In this document: positions 62,723 to 64,000 of the stretch, piece after piece | Position numbering within the stretch: the stretch's first letter is position 1 | Layout of the letters: each line of letters starts with the position of its first letter | NCBI GenBank assembly: GCA_964623495.1 | Contig: CAZUTV010000004.1 | Span: forward strand, 16,587 to 80,586 | DNA length: 64,000 nucleotides | Reading direction: 5' to 3' | Source: Candidatus Woesearchaeota archaeon | GTDB taxonomy: Archaea; Nanobdellota; Nanobdellia; Pacearchaeales; GW2011-AR1 | Translations under genes and position numbers: made by a program | Notes under the pieces: generated by a model | What the model saw: the letters and a program-made list of their open reading frames with translations, nothing else | Told to the model about the DNA's origin: nothing | The model's database searches: none

Positions 62723-63700
62723 ATGAAGATTTTAATAGATATGTCTAACTCTCCACATGTTCTCTTTTTTAGACCAATTATTAAAGAGTTGGGGAAAAAA
62801 GGCCATGAAGTCATAATAACTGCAAGAGATCATGCTCAAACAAAACGGCTTTTGGATCTTTTTGGCATGAAGTATAATTTGGTTGGAAAACATGCCGGAA
62901 AGAGTATTTTCAAAAAACTCATTAATGCTCTATCCAGGGTTTTTGCATTATCCCGGTTTGTTTCCAAGGAAAATCCAGATATATGCTTAAGTCATCAATC
63001 TCCATACATTATATATGCGGCTTTCTTAAACGGAAAAAGAAGCATTTATCTATTTGACAATGATCAGGCCAAGCTTCAAAATTATCTAACTTTTCCTTTA
63101 GCAACAAAGATTATGCATCCAGAATCCTTATCTTATAAAAAAAACAAATTTGTGATGTATCCTGGACTTAAAGAATCTGTTTATTTGAGTTCGTGGCCAG
63201 ATGATGAAAACGGTCTTGAGAAGATTAAAAAAATTAAGAGAAAGAAAATTTTAATTAGAACAGAAATAAGCGGTACAGCATACCATACAGGCAATTCTTT
63301 AGTTGATGTTGTAAAAAACCTTGCTTCCAAATACCAGATTATTCTTTCTCCTAGGAATGAAGAACAGAAAAAAGAGTATGGTAAAATAAAGGGGGGAATT
63401 ATTTTAGACAAACCCGTAGACGGGCCAACCCTAATAAAAAATGTTGATATAGTAATGAGTGGCGGGGGAACTATGAATAGAGAAGCAGCTGTTTTAGGAA
63501 AACCAGTTATCTCGTTATATTCTGGGAAACTTCTTGCTTCAGACACCTATCTTTTAGAAAATGGTTTAACAGTTCATGAGTTGAATCCATCGCTTGAGCT
63601 CGTAGAACAGGTAATGAAAAAAAAGAATAGAAAAATTGATTTTGTCACTCTTGGAAAACAAGCTATTAATAAAATAATCTTTGAAATAGAAGAAAAATGA
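62723..63700 (+). CDS. DUF354-family protein (GT-B/epimerase-like fold)
   Basis: MKILIDMSNSPHVLFFRPIIKELGKKGHEVIITARD... and C-terminal SGGGTMNREAAVLGKPVIS. Confidence 0.6.
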   Translation: MKILIDMSNSPHVLFFRPIIKELGKKGHEVIITARDHAQTKRLLDLFGMKYNLVGKHAGKSIFKKLINALSRVFALSRFVSKENPDICLSHQSPYIIYAAFLNGKRSIYLFDNDQAKLQNYLTFPLATKIMHPESLSYKKNKFVMYPGLKESVYLSSWPDDENGLEKIKKIKRKKILIRTEISGTAYHTGNSLVDVVKNLASKYQIILSPRNEEQKKEYGKIKGGIILDKPVDGPTLIKNVDIVMSGGGTMNREAAVLGKPVISLYSGKLLASDTYLLENGLTVHELNPSLELVEQVMKKKNRKIDFVTLGKQAINKIIFEIEEK

Positions 63701-64000
63701 GGATAATATTAAGCTCTGATGCTGAGCTCTGGAGCTGGAATAAAAATTTTAAACAGGATGTATGGGAAGGAGTTTTAAAACTTGTAGAAGTCGCTGAAAA
63801 AGAAAAGATACCCTTAACTTTATTTGTTTCATTAAGCGATAAAGGGTATGGAAATTTTGATTATCTGGAAAAGATTACTTCTTTGGTAAAAAGAATAAAG
63901 TCAAAGTACATTAGCTTTGGAATTCATAGCCATTGTAAGAATTTACCTTTAAATTTTCCAACACCTTCAGATTACTTAAGAGACTATCAAAAAGACCAGA
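63697..64000 (+). CDS. Polysaccharide-deacetylase-like protein, 5' partial (runs off the window)
   Basis: ATGA overlap with the DUF354 stop. MRIILSSDAELWSWN..IPLTLFVSLS..FGIHSH parallels the CE4 layout of 57310..58113. Confidence 0.4.
   Translation, partial: MRIILSSDAELWSWNKNFKQDVWEGVLKLVEVAEKEKIPLTLFVSLSDKGYGNFDYLEKITSLVKRIKSKYISFGIHSHCKNLPLNFPTPSDYLRDYQKDQ

Overview
AT-rich archaeal chromosome segment, probably from a small-genome DPANN-type lineage (Pacearchaeota/Woesearchaeota-like). That placement is an inference from gene content. The window has four parts. (1) 267-13801 is an accessory surface locus. It opens with a small RHH regulator. It then carries two paralogous modules, each pairing a prepilin-like protein with giant cysteine-rich membrane/surface proteins; one module is fused into a 1505-aa ORF and the other is split into separate genes. 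Four small prepilin-like genes follow. I cannot place any of these proteins in a known family, and this is my best candidate for an undescribed system. (2) 13798-23350 is a cell-envelope block: a wHTH regulator with palindromic operators, a probable S-layer protein, a small exosortase/archaeosortase-family protein next to a PAP2 phosphatase and a surface protein with a C-terminal anchor, and SepF. (3) 23422-52252 is the information-processing core: prefoldin beta, RpoP, L37Ae, tRNA-Pro, L11, Spt5, SecE, FtsZ, FKBP, aIF5A, L40e, an S2P protease, L1-L10-L12, tRNA-Thr, an intron-containing tRNA-Ser, AMP phosphorylase, the full L3-to-L15 ribosomal operon with SecY, a DUF106 insertase, prefoldin alpha and an eIF-2B-family isomerase. 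(4) 53399-64000 is an N-glycosylation/glycan-modification island (AglB, a GT4 phosphotransferase, CE4 deacetylases, a FemAB-like protein, a flippase-like protein, GT39, DUF354) that includes a disrupted PHP-phosphoesterase gene. Smaller oddities include short duplications of gene starts at three tightly coupled gene junctions (two of them with perfect spacer hairpins), a recurring AAACCTTTT-AGA-AAAAGGTT hairpin, an unknown ORF translationally coupled inside the L19e-L18 junction, Lys/Glu/Ala-rich extensions on several ribosomal proteins, and a tRNA-Thr with a G55 T-loop and a partial 5' duplicate. I found no CRISPR array, integrase or transposase.
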